Source of the DNA: Rhynchobatus australiae
Lineage: Eukaryota
Assembly: GCA_034780895.1 (NCBI GenBank)
Contig: JAUZTB010000076.1
Location: 108,759,650 to 108,823,384 of the forward strand
DNA length: 63,735 nt
Direction: 5' to 3'
Under the pieces are notes generated by a model. It ran no database searches and was not told the origin of the DNA. It was given only the letters and a program-made list of their open reading frames with translations. This document shows positions 25,498 through 37,489 of the stretch, piece by piece (the first letter of the stretch is position 1; every line of letters starts with the position of its first letter). The translations under genes and the position numbers were made by a program.

Positions 25498-25992
25498 CAA
25501 AAGGAAGGACATCGAGGCTTTGGTGAAGCTCTTTCGCATCCTCTCCAAGACGTTGTCTGGATTGGAGTGTATTAGCTACAAGGAGAGGTTGGACAAACTT
25601 GGCTAGTTTTCTCTGGAGTGTCAGAGCTGAGGGGCAACTTGATAGAGGTATAGAAAATTATAGAGGCACAGAACGGGTAGATGGTCACAGTCTTATTCCC
25701 AGGATGGAAATGTCAACTACTGTAGGGCATAGGTTTAAAAGATGAGAGGGGGAAAGGTTAAAGGAGGAGGTATGCAAGGCAAGTTTTTCGTTTAAACACA
25801 GAGTGGTAAGTGCCTGGAACGTATTCCAAGGAAGATGGTAGAAGCAGATATGATAGCAATGTTTAAGCGGCATTTAAAAACAAGAACAGGCCAGGTTTTT
25901 GAGGGATACAGACCATGCTCAGGTAGATACAATTAGTTAGATTGGCATCTTGGCCCGCGCAGACCTAGTGGGCTGAAAGGCCTGTTCCTATA
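25498..25992 (+). mobile_element. CR1 LINE 3' end
   Basis: agctacaaggagaggttggacaaacttgg...gggctgaaaggcctgttcct. Confidence 0.85.
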
Positions 25993-28502
25993 TTCGTGAT
26001 ATTGACAGTGGGGGATTCGAAGATACTAATGCCATTGAATATCAGGAGTAGGTGGTCAGGTTTTCTCTCATTGGAAAAGATTACTGACTGACACTTAGTG
26101 TGAACATTACTTGCCACCTATCCACCCATGCCTGAATGCTGTATAGGATTGCTGCATGCAAGCATGGACTGCTCCATTTCTCATGGAGATGAAAATAGAA
26201 GAATGAGGTGATCTTATTGAAACCTACAATGTTCTTAGGGAAGCACCACAGTGTAGATGTTGAGATATTTNNNNNNNNNNNNNNNNNNNNNNNNNNNNNN
26301 NNNNNNNNNNNNNNNNNNNNNNNNNNNNNNNNNNNNNNNNNNNNNNNNNNNNNNNNNNNNNNNNNNNNNNNNNNNNNNNNNNNNNNNNNNNNNNNNNNNN
26401 NNNNNNNNNNNNNNNNNNNNNNNNNNNNNNNNNNNNNNNNNNNNNNNNNNNNNNNNNNNNNNNNNNNNNNNNNNNNNNNNNNNNNNNNNNNNNNNNNNNN
26501 NNNNNNNNNNNNNNNNNNNNNNNNNNNNNNNNNNNNNNNNNNNNNNNNNNNNNNNNNNNNNNNNNNNNNNNNNNNNNNNNNNNNNNNNNNNNNNNNNNNN
26601 NNNNNNNNNNNNNNNNNNNNNNNNNNNNNNNNNNNNNNNNNNNNNNNNNNNNNNNNNNNNNNNNNNNNNNNNNNNNNNNNNNNNNNNNNNNNNNNNNNNN
26701 NNNNNNNNNNNNNNNNNNNNNNNNNNNNNNNNNNNNNNNNNNNNNNNNNNNNNNNNNNNNNNNNNNNNNNNNNNNNNNNNNNNNNNNNNNNNNNNNNNNN
26801 NNNNNNNNNNNNNNNNNNNNNNNNNNNNNNNNNNNNNNNNNNNNNNNNGAGTCTCTTAGATGTCCCTAATGTATCTTCCCCCACCGCCTCTAGATAGATT
26901 TATAAATTCAGTCACAACTGCTTGACAAAATCAAGGATGATATGCAGATGTATTCCTTCATCAGAATATCATTCTGGCAAACACATACTCCATAATGCAG
27001 GGCTAAAATTCATTGCAGCAAAAAAAAAGTTTGTTTATCAACCATATTCTCTGTGCACTAGAAGTTGAAGATATAAACTGCATAATACCTTCTACAGAGC
27101 ATCTGGGATCTGAAAAATATCAAGCAATAGTGCGTCACCTTTACCACTTAGATTGAACTATTATTCAACGCTAGTGCAGAGTTTGAATTAGAAGTGAAAG
27201 CTTGAATAACAATTCAACGTCAAATCGGATATAGTAAGAATATAATAAGAAAATGGAGGGGGTAAGGGGAAGAAAAAATAGATCAAGTAAAAGAATAGCA
27301 AGAAAATTAATGACAGTGGGCCAGAAATTGCTGCTGGGCACAACAATGGACTTGGTGTTTATAGAACAGATGTCAACTTGCTAGCAACTGCTGTTCCAAT
27401 CCAAAATCAAGGGGCTCTATACAGTGACTGGGCCTAATAGATTTTATTATTTGGCACATGGGGAACCAGACAAAGTCCAGAGCAAATGGACAGTGAACAA
27501 AGCCATGCCCCTACCCTATGCTAGCAAATCTGCCAAGGACTTGGAATGCATCTGAATGTCCAATTACCTGACAACAATCGATCAGATCCTGCAGAAGTCC
27601 AACCTGGAACAACTCACTCCTTAGCAGTCATTAACTTGAACACAAGAGTAGGAGTTGGAACAAGCTATTCAAGAATATGGCAGATCAAATCTTGGCCTCA
27701 ACTCCAGATTTCTGCCAATTGCTCTCAACTCACTATCATCCAAAAACCTCCTTAAATTAGTCAAGCTTAATTTTAGCATAACTTTACCTCCTTGAATCCC
27801 TAAAAAGACCAAAACCAGCAACACCCTACACAGCTACGAGACTGCTCTACTTTTATACTCCATTCCCCTTTGCAAGTGAGGCCAATGTTCCATTTGCTTT
27901 CATAGTTATATGATGTACATGAATTTATGTACAAGAGCAGCCAGATTCCTCGGTAAAGCAACATTCTGTAGTCATTCTCTATTTAAATAATATTCTGATT
28001 TACTCTTCTTGCCGCCAAAATGTATCCCTTAAACATTACCCATTCACTTAACCCATCTATAATCCCCTTGCAGGCTTGACATCCTCCTCATAAGTTACTT
28101 TCCAATCTGTCTTTGTACCACCAGCAAATTTCTAACTTCGGTACTAAAAACACAGAATTGCTAAGATCAGCTAATACAACAACAGTGTTTCAGGCTCTGT
28201 AATTGAGCTTGACTAATGAGGGTGGATGAAGCAGAATGCTGAACTGAATATCATTATGAGAGTACTGGGACCTATACCATTAAATATATTCACTTTTTTC
28301 AGGATATAGTAAGGCTTAGCATATATTGCTCATGAAAACGTGGTAGTGAGCCATCTTTTGCAACCACAATAATACTTCTTGTGAAGGTACTCCCTGATGG
28401 TCTGGGACTGAAGTCTCCTCATATGATTTTTTAATATAAAAATGTAAAAATTAAAGTAATAAAGAATTTACATATTCTGGTGTTTTCTGTGCAAAACCTA
28501 AA

Positions 28503-28793
28503 TGCAGTTAGCGTAATGCTATTACAGCGCCAGCAACCCGGATTCAATTCCCACTGCTGTCTGTAAGGAGTTTGTACGTTCTCCCTGTGTCCGCGCAGGC
28601 TTCCTCCGGGTGCTCCAATTTCCTCCCACATTCCAAAGACATACAGGTTAGGAGCTGTGGGCACGCTATGTTGACGTCGGAAGAGTGGTGACACTTGCAG
28701 GCTGCCCCCAGCACATTCTCAGTGACACAAAAAGATACATTTCATTGTGTTTCTCGACGTACATGTGACTAATTAATAAATATCTTATCTTAC
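28503..28793 (+). mobile_element. V-domain SINE, slightly 5'-truncated, ending 5 nt from EPRS1 exon 9
   Basis: Colinear with 20060-20348; tail taataaatatcttatcttac. Confidence 0.9.
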
Positions 28794-28798
28794 TGCAC

Positions 28799-28970
28799 CT
28801 GTATTTGAGTCCTGTGCGAGGATGTGGTATATTTTTACATCGGTAGATTGTGGGGTCCCTGAGGCAACCATTGTTAGAGGTCATGTCAATCTTTACTCGT
28901 AGACAGCAGGTTTGCCCATATTCTGTTCCATTCTTCATCTCTTCCCACATTCGAATATTCTGTTCCACAG
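28799..28970 (-). CDS. EPRS1: EPRS1 exon 9 ([14 protein letters not shown]...[26 protein letters not shown])
   Basis: ORF 28666-28968; ctgcag / gtgcag (weak donor); 172 nt keeps frame with exon 10. Confidence 0.96.
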
Positions 28971-29767
28971 CTGCAGAAATTAATTGGGAAGCAGTGGTAG
29001 TGCAAGAAAAATTTAGATCTATCCAAGTTTAATTTTAATAAACCCCTCCCAAATAAATAATAGTAATTCTTCCATTATCACCATCGCCTAGAGCTCCAGA
29101 GTGTTTTTTTTGTGTCACATTGAATTGCACAATCTTGCACTAACGTACTATAGCACATTTGGAATAACAAGTCTGTAGAGGATCAGTATTCTTTTCTGAA
29201 CTTCCATCACCAGGAATCACATTGCAAGCACTTCCACTCAGAAAATTCACTTGGATCTCCAAGATTTTTTGCTTCAAAATGTTTTAATTAGGACATAAAG
29301 CATAGCTTAGCCCATTGGATCCCTTTCTAAGGATCCATCCAGATAGTCAGACCCCTGCATTATTTTCTACCCCAGTACTGATCCAATTGCCTATTGCACA
29401 CTGTGTTATGAATCCACTATTTCATTCAACCACTATTTCATTAGAAAGTTTATTGTAAATTCTAACTACCCATTGTATGAAAACATTTTTCTTCATGCCT
29501 CTCTTTTTCTCTCCTTCATGCCTCTCTTTTTCTCTCCATTTAACCACCTTAAATCTATGTCCTTCGTGGTTATCACCCCCACAGTCATTGGGAAGTCAAG
29601 GGCATCAACTTAAATACATTTTTCAGTGCAGTCAAGTAGCCTAGTAGGTNNNNNNNNNNCAAGTTGAGAGAACATATCTCAGCAACGATAGTTCTTCTTA
29701 AATAAGAAAGAGAACAAATAAATATTTGATAAACCAGATTCATAATATTTAGAATTATAATACTTAC

Positions 29768-29960
29768 AATTTGCCCTGTGTTTAGACTCAATTCTTTGCT
29801 CACGTTCTTGTTTCATTTGTTCTGCAGGAGTGTTATCTACATAAGCTTTTCCATCTCTAATCATTTTCTCTGCATACTGCATTATAATGTCAAAATGATC
29901 TGAGGTATAGGTAAATCGGTCAGGTTTTATCTGTAGCATTGAAACATCTTCCAAGATAAC
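29768..29960 (-). CDS. EPRS1: EPRS1 exon 8 ([23 protein letters not shown]...ESKHRAN)
   Basis: ORF 29679-29954; ctttag / gtaagt; 193 nt. Confidence 0.97.
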
Positions 29961-30590
29961 CTAAAGGAACAAGTTTATATATAAACAATTTAACTTGTTA
30001 AAATGCAAGATAACAATCTTCATTTAATTCCACATTACAGGTTGCAAATAAATTAAATATCCAGAAACTTTTGATGAAGTAATTTGCTCCTATAGTTCCT
30101 GAGTTACACAATGCAAAACCATGATGGAACAAGTGACTAATAATACTAATATATTGTGGTACTTTTGGAACTCAAGGGGCAAAATCTGTTTTATGTTCAG
30201 TGCCACTGTGTTCAATAAAACAGTCACACCTGCGGGTTCTTACTCTTCTAAGATTAAGGGGGAAAAAAAAATCAGAAAATAAAGCAACTGCAGTCAGAGA
30301 ATTTACAATTTCAATACAATAATGGACTGATTTTCACAATGGATATTTTTTAAGCTGTTATCCAATTTATTCAGATTTTAATTTGGTATGGGAGTAAATG
30401 TAGCTCAGATAATGACAACTATTGTGCTGTTTAAAAATCTGAAAGATCTGGCAGCAGTACAGTTCCAAAGTACAGAAATAATCATACCTAGAACTTTTAA
30501 ATGAAACTATATACTAAAGAAAAATTTACTTCTATAATCAAATGACTATTTAATGTCAGATGAAAAGTGATTGTGGTTCTAAATGTGCTA

Positions 30591-30797
<207 letters not shown>

Positions 30798-31914
30798 TCA
30801 ACAATAACAATACTTACTTCAAACAATACTATATTACATTTTCTTACAAATTCTAATTCAAAAACTTATTGAAGAATTTGAAGGCAACAATTATTTGCAT
30901 TTGTAAAGCACATTTAGATTACAAAGTGGTTCACTAATACAGACAGAAATGAAAACCTGACCAGAGAAAGAGACCCAGTCGAAGAGGTGGATTTTAATTT
31001 GCCCACAAGTAAAACACACAAGTAATTTTGAGGATGAAACTTGGGGTTTTGATGGCTAAAGACATGGCCAGAAACAATAGGATGGCGAGCAAAGAAAGTA
31101 ATTGTTGTGAGGGGAAGGGAGTTGGGAGAAGAAACAAGATGACTCGAGTCAGGGAGAAAAGCAAGTTCAAATAGCCAAGTAGCCATGAAACAGGTTAGAG
31201 GGGGACAGGACAATTAAGGGATTTAATAGAGATGATGAAAATTATGAAGCATTGTGTGCCCAGATGCCATACCTTTATTAATACATCAAGTGGTTTGTAC
31301 CAACCAATTCATCTCATCTTTGGACATCCAATTTTGATATTTAAATCTAACAATTCTGGTGAAAGCTCACTGCCCGAAAATAATAACAATTTTGTTTTCC
31401 CCCTCTCCAGTTACTTTTGGATCTGTCGAGTACTTCCAGCATTTTGTGCCTCTATTTCAGTATTCCAGCATTTACAACATATTGGTTTAGCATTCTCAAA
31501 TCCTCAGAGAAAAGTTCCTCACCCTAGACAGCAATTCAATAGAAAGATACTCGCTACCCTCTGCTCTCTACTGTTTGATTTCTGCATCTACACTTTTGAT
31601 CTGCTACCCTGCTGCAAGACTCACAATAGAGTCAAGGCTGAACAAAATCATGCTGAAGAAAATGGCCAGACGTTAAGAACACCCTGTCCTTCAGCAATAT
31701 GCCTTGTTACAATTGCATGGTGAACAAGCAATTGTAGGCCAGTTTTCCTTTAAAAATAATGTATTAAACTTTATCTTATGAAATTAATTGTGACTAAAAA
31801 TATTTATGTCAGAGNNNNNNNNNNNNNNNNNNNNNNNNNNNNNNNNNNNNNNNNNNNNNNNNNNNNNNNNNNNNNNNNNNNNNNNNNNNNNNNNNNNNNN
31901 NNNNNNNNNNNNNN

Positions 31915-32250
31915 CCTTGATGTTGGTACCCTTGACTACATTCCACAGAATCCTATTCAGTCCGGCCTTGCTACCACCCTTGACTGAAAAGAAATCCAAA
32001 AGACCATATGTCAACTCAAGGAAGAACAAAGCTTTGGGAGTGCATGATATCTCTGCTGCAGTTTTAAAATTCACCCGAGAGCAACTTCAGTCTGGGAAGA
32101 GGAGGACATGCCTGGAACATCTTCAAGAAAGGAGACAAATTTGACTTTGGCAACTGCAGAGCCTTCTCCCTGCTGCCTGCCACAGGGATAGCCACCACCA
32201 AGGTCCCCTTCACCCGCCTTTTCCTAGTGGCTGAAGAACTAAGCGTGTGA
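31915..32250 (+). mobile_element. RTE-clade LINE RT fragment
   Basis: Remnants NKALGVHDISAAVLK and IFKKGDK.D.GNCRAFSLL...LVAEEL. Confidence 0.75.
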
Positions 32251-33512
32251 ATTTTGTCCATCAGAGAGACAAGTGGCTGTGATCATCACTCTCTGACATA
32301 CCCTCACATTTTGCATTCTGATGTATAACTTTTGCTCTCTGATGTACCATACCACCAACTTACAAAAAATATTATTCCTCATTCTTTAATACTAATTACT
32401 CCATTCTGATTTTCCTGTACCTCATTTTCTAATATACCACACTCACAGTCAGCTGCACCACCTCACGTACCACATCCCTCACTCTCACACACTGCTGCTC
32501 GCACTCTCTGAGATAACACAGTCCCTTCTGATACTCCTTGCTATAATACATCCTCTTTAGGACTGACTTAGAAAATCGGGAGCATCCATCTTAGGAATGT
32601 TTCCTACCTGCCACTTTGAGATCTGACAAGGTTACCCAGCGCTTAAATCAATGGGTGAGATGCAACACAAATTTTAAGACTGGTGTCTAACACAAAGACT
32701 GTGTTAAATATTTGCTGTCGAAAGTAATGTAACAAAGTTCCTTCAATTTAAAATGAGACAAAGGGATGGTTAATGAGGTTGGGGACTGCATGTTTTGATT
32801 TGCAGTCCATGGCTGCCAGCAAGTACAGATTAAAATGCTGGCCTTGCTTACCTTCATTCCAATTCATTTATCAGGTCCATTATTACCTAAACTACTTTAC
32901 TCTTCCCTTCTTCAAAATTATCAATGTGCAGAGATGCCACATAGCAGCAAAGGACAACCACATTCATATTCATGAATCAGCAGAATATTGGAAATATGAC
33001 AGGAATTTGCACTTAAAATGCTAATCAAAATGCTACCTCACCAGGGGTTTGTTTCTGCAAATTGCCGATTCCTACATGGAACTGATTGCAATGAATGAAT
33101 GATTATAAAGTAAACGAGATCCAGGAAGGAGCTGCTCAGGAAGCAGCACAGATATGGAAGTGAGCTAGCTGGAGACTGATCGCTGAGAATGAGTAACCCA
33201 AGGCTTGCCAACTTTGCAGGACCACCATAGGAAACAGAGGATCAACTAGGTTGGCCCTCCATATCCTTGCCAGGTTAATGAGGTGTTTGGGCTGTGCGCG
33301 AAATTCAGGACAATCCACTACTCTTCTGATCAGGAATTTGTCAAACTATTTCCTCCCAAAAGATATAGTTCCCACTCTTAATGGTCTGAATCTCAAACAC
33401 AACAGCTTTATTCTTCAGTTCAAAATATCAATGCCTCCCAAGCTTGGATGTTTATCATACTGCCACTTCAGGATATTAATCTGCATTATCATTTAAAAAA
33501 AATTTTTTTTAA

Positions 33513-33692
33513 ACTGCATATGCTGGAAATCTGAAATAAAAACCAAAAATGCTGGAAAAACTCAGCAGGTCAGGCGGCATCTGTGGAAAGAAAGAGTTAA
33601 ACTTTCAGGTCAAAGGCCCCAAACTGACTAAAGATTTGCAACCTGAAACATTAACTCTTTCTCTTTCTGCCTGGCTTGCTGAGTGCTTCCAT
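33513..33692. mobile_element. Penelope-derived fold-back element
   Basis: gctggaaaaactcagcaggtcaggcggcatctgtggaaagaaagagttaa...ttaactctttctctttctgcctggcttgctgagtgcttcca. Confidence 0.7.
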
Positions 33693-33993
33693 AAATATCT
33701 ACTTCTTCCTTTAAGATGACTATTCCTCACCCATCCTCTGTGTCATACCCACAATTTAATATCCCATCACATTCTGTCTTAAAACCTTAGCTCTCTTATC
33801 AATATTTGAAATTCTCACTGTTTAATACATTTTAAAAGTGAAAATGACAACTTTGTTTAAAAAAAACCTGATATTTTCAGTGTTCAACTCCAATAACTCA
33901 AGTTGAATGTCCTTCACATCCATCAGTACAAACTGACTGAAAGCTATTCAAGTCTCAGAAATGTAAAGCTAGGGATTGTGATTCAGAACTCAC

Positions 33994-34088
33994 CCACTGG
34001 CTTCAGGAGGAAACCTTACTACTACTTTCCCAATTTCTGCACCAGGCAGCTCAACAAATTTTCCACGATCCTCTTTCTTCTCATTGGT
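33994..34088 (-). CDS. EPRS1: EPRS1 exon 6 ([32 protein letters not shown])
   Basis: ttgcag / gtgagt; 95 nt; RFPPEASG GluRS motif. Confidence 0.97.
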
Positions 34089-36245
34089 CTGCAAAAGTTT
34101 TGAAGCACATAGTAATAAAACACAGCTGTTAGTTGTATGAACTTCAACACAGCATTTGCTAAAGTCCTCATAATAGCTAAAGATGAAATTCATAGAACAT
34201 GGCTTTGAAGTGATTGACAGTTGTTGACAGATCAGAAGAGAAAACAAATTCAGCTATAAACTCCTGCCAAGTAGGAAAATGCTGTACTGGGGGTGAAGGA
34301 AAAAAAAAATCAGCTTTCGAACATCGAAAAGTTGCTGTCTAACTGCATTTGGGATTGATCAGATAGGAAAAGGGCAACTATGACTGGTTGAATTAAAAAG
34401 CTGCACAGTGGTCATGGCTGAGAATGAGAGTTATTTTTGTTTGCTTATGATCATTTAAGTTGTGTATGCAGTGAAATTTGCAGTACACTCAATAATTAAA
34501 GGATAGTCACGTGTAAGCCTTTGGGTTATGCGTGATATACAATAATATTCATAGACGCTTGATTGCAATTTCTTGCTGATTTAAGTGGGAAAAAGTTTGT
34601 GATCTGTAATTTTATACAGTGTGTAATTTATATAATGANNNNNNNNNNNNNNNNNNNNNNNNNNNNNNNNNNNNNNNNNNNNNNNNNNNNNNNNNNNNNN
34701 NNNNNNNNNNNNNNNNNNNNNNNNNNNNNNNNNNNNNNCTTAAGTAAAGCAATACTTTGTCCTCAAAGTCGTTACCTTGAATTGTCTTCTATATACCCAT
34801 ATCCCAAAACCTATTGCACTTAGTAGCAGCCAAAACAGTGCAACTTATAAGGCCCTTGGGCCATATCAAAATGGCCTATCATCCAGAAGACTGGTATAAA
34901 AAGGATACAATGTGATACTACTGCTAAAGGGAAATTTGACTGCAGTTTTCAAAATATTAAAGGGCAACCAATTGTTACTAATCAATATTATTTCCAATGA
35001 CAGGGATTATTTCAAGAATTAATTTAGGAAGGAACTACACACAGAGAATGATATAGATTTTGTACTTTCATCTTAAAATAACAACTGATGCTTGGTTAGT
35101 TGTTAACTTAAAATCTCTCATTCTTCTAAACTCTACAGGAGTATCGGTCTAGTCTGCACAAGTCCACCACATCAGGAATCAATCTGGCAAAAGCAGTTGA
35201 GTCCTTTTATAAAACCAATTTAAAGATTCCCTTAAAAACAGAACGTAGAGTTAAAAAGCTTTCTTATAAAGAACAGAAGTGAATGATTTTTTTTAAATAA
35301 AGGAATTTACTTTAGAGATTGGCTGAGCAAAATGCCTGAAGGCTAATCCACAAGCGGTTTCATTGTCAATTTACTAAGAAAAACACAAGCAGCACCAGCA
35401 GGACAATTACCAAATTAGCAAAATGATATCTGTGATCAAGTTCCCTTGCCCCTACATATCCCTGTGGCACCTGATTAATGATAGAAACAGACTGCCCTTT
35501 GAGATGCTATTCGAGAGCCATATATTTGGAGATTTGGGAGTACAATGTTGATTAATTCAAATTTCCATTCTATATTGCAAAGGGCTTCTCATTCAGCACT
35601 GCTGATATTGAGAATTCATCAAGGTGTATTGCTTGTGCAAACATGCCATATACAGGGCAATGAAGCATTATAATCATCACCCTAAACAGCCACTCTCCAA
35701 GACTAGCATAAAGTGATACCAAAGCACACCATCTACAAAATGCATTGGATTTACCAAACAAGGTAATTCAAAAACACCTCCNNNNNNNNNNNNNNNNNNN
35801 NNNNNNNNNNNNNNNNNNNNNNNNNNNNNNNNNNNNNNNNNNNNNNNNNNNNNNNNNNNNNNNNNNNNNNNNNNNNNNNNNNNNNNNNNNNNNNNNNNNN
35901 NNNNNNNNNNNNNNNNNNNNNNNNNNNNNNNNNNNNNNNNNNNNNNNNNNNNNNNNNNNNNNNNNNNNNNNNNNNNNNNNNNNNNNNNNNNNNNNNNNNN
36001 NNNNNNNNNNNNNNNNNNNNNNNNNNNNNNNNNNNNNNNNNNNNNNNNNNNNNNNNNNNNNNNNNNNNNNNNNNNNNNNNNNNNNNNNNNNNNNNNNNNN
36101 NNNNNNNNNNNNNNNNNNNNNNNNNNNNNNNNNNNNNNNNNNNNNNNNNNNNNNNNNNNNNNNNNNNNNNNNNNNNNNNNNNNNNNNNNNNNNNNNNNNN
36201 NNNNNNNNNNNNNNNNNNNNNNNNNNNNNNNNNNNNNNNNTTTAC

Positions 36246-36385
36246 CGGTTTATTCTGTGGTGTTACTATGGCCCATTTTTTATCCACAGACTGAAATGCT
36301 TTCTGGGACCCAAGGAAGTTGTACCACCGTTTAACATGAGCTGGTATCTTGTCCTGGCTTAGCTGCTTCTGACAAAGGTTACTTC
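36246..36385 (-). CDS. EPRS1: EPRS1 exon 5 (GSNLCQKQLSQDKIPAHVKRWYNFLGSQKAFQSVDKKW...KP)
   Basis: caacag / gtaaa (donor abuts an N gap); 140 nt; HVKRW motif. Confidence 0.94.
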
Positions 36386-36898
36386 CTGTTGATAAAAGTA
36401 TAGTCTTAATGCAAAGATGCAAGTGGCTTTAAACAATGGTCATTGAGCAATCCATTCCCACATCAAAGATTCATCATTTAATTACTGCTATACAATTTAC
36501 CACTGATAAAATATCTCTTCCCAGTCAAATAGCCAGGAAAAATAGTTAGTACTAAATTAACCTTCTTTGGGGAAACAGTACCTATGACAGTTTACTATCC
36601 ATATTCTAGAACTCAATCATTGATTGAAAAAAATACAAGATCAACATCCCACAGTTAATAGCATTCAACAACACCCCTTGCCAGACTTGTAAACAACCAC
36701 CTCCACTTGTTTCTAAATTCAAGGAACCACAGTCCCAGTCTGTTTAATCTCTCTTCCCATTACAAAAGCATGTTCAATTCATGTAGACATTTATAGGCAC
36801 ACACAAGTTTACATTTTCAATTTCAAAAATTAAATTACAAGTTATTTTTCAAAAATACTTAAAATAATATGTTGTATTTATGTAATTCTCTTGCCAAC

Positions 36899-37055
36899 CT
36901 TTCAAGGCTGCCCATACACAAAGATCAGCTATGGTCAAGTCATGTCCAACCAGGTACGTCCTGAGAGAGAGTATACTGTCAAGCTCTTGTATTGCTGCAG
37001 GAAACAAAGCACAACTCGCAAGTCTTGTGCTGCTGAACTCCAACCAGTGATCAAC
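36899..37055 (-). CDS. EPRS1: EPRS1 exon 4 (VDHWLEFS...[11 protein letters not shown])
   Basis: ORF 36849-37070; tttgcag / gttggc; 157 nt. Confidence 0.96.
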
Positions 37056-37489
37056 CTGCAAACAAAACAAATTCAGCTGGGATCAGTTTTAAAATTCATC
37101 ATTTAACACTTTTGCTAGTCACATCCCTCAACTTAAAGGACTAAAGTCAATAAAGGGGTCTGACTTTTTTTTTTAAAAATCAGTATCTGGGCATCACATG
37201 CAAGGCCAGTATTTATTGCCCGTCCTTAAAAGGCTTTGAGGTGGTGGTATGAGCCACCTTATCAAAATGTTTCAGTTCTTCTGGTGAAAATGTTCCCACA
37301 CTGCAGTTGTATAGAGAATTCCAGGATTTAGACTTAGTGTTGATGATGAAACCGACATTATATCTCCAGTTCAGAATTTTGTGAAATTTCACTGAACTTG
37401 TGACACTAATCCTAAACTTCCAGAGAGAAATTGCTAATAAAATTCTACATTTACAGTTGTACTTTCCTAAAAGCCTCCCTTAATACTTT

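Noticed and set aside
29491-29538. Two-copy tandem repeat cttcatgcctctctttttctctc
   Set aside because: Simple slippage duplication within old repeat-derived sequence; not CRISPR-like
33040-33330. Locally GC/CpG-richer patch in intron 6 (similar patch at 22600-22990)
   Set aside because: No structure, motif cluster or family I could support by eye; probably old repeat sequence
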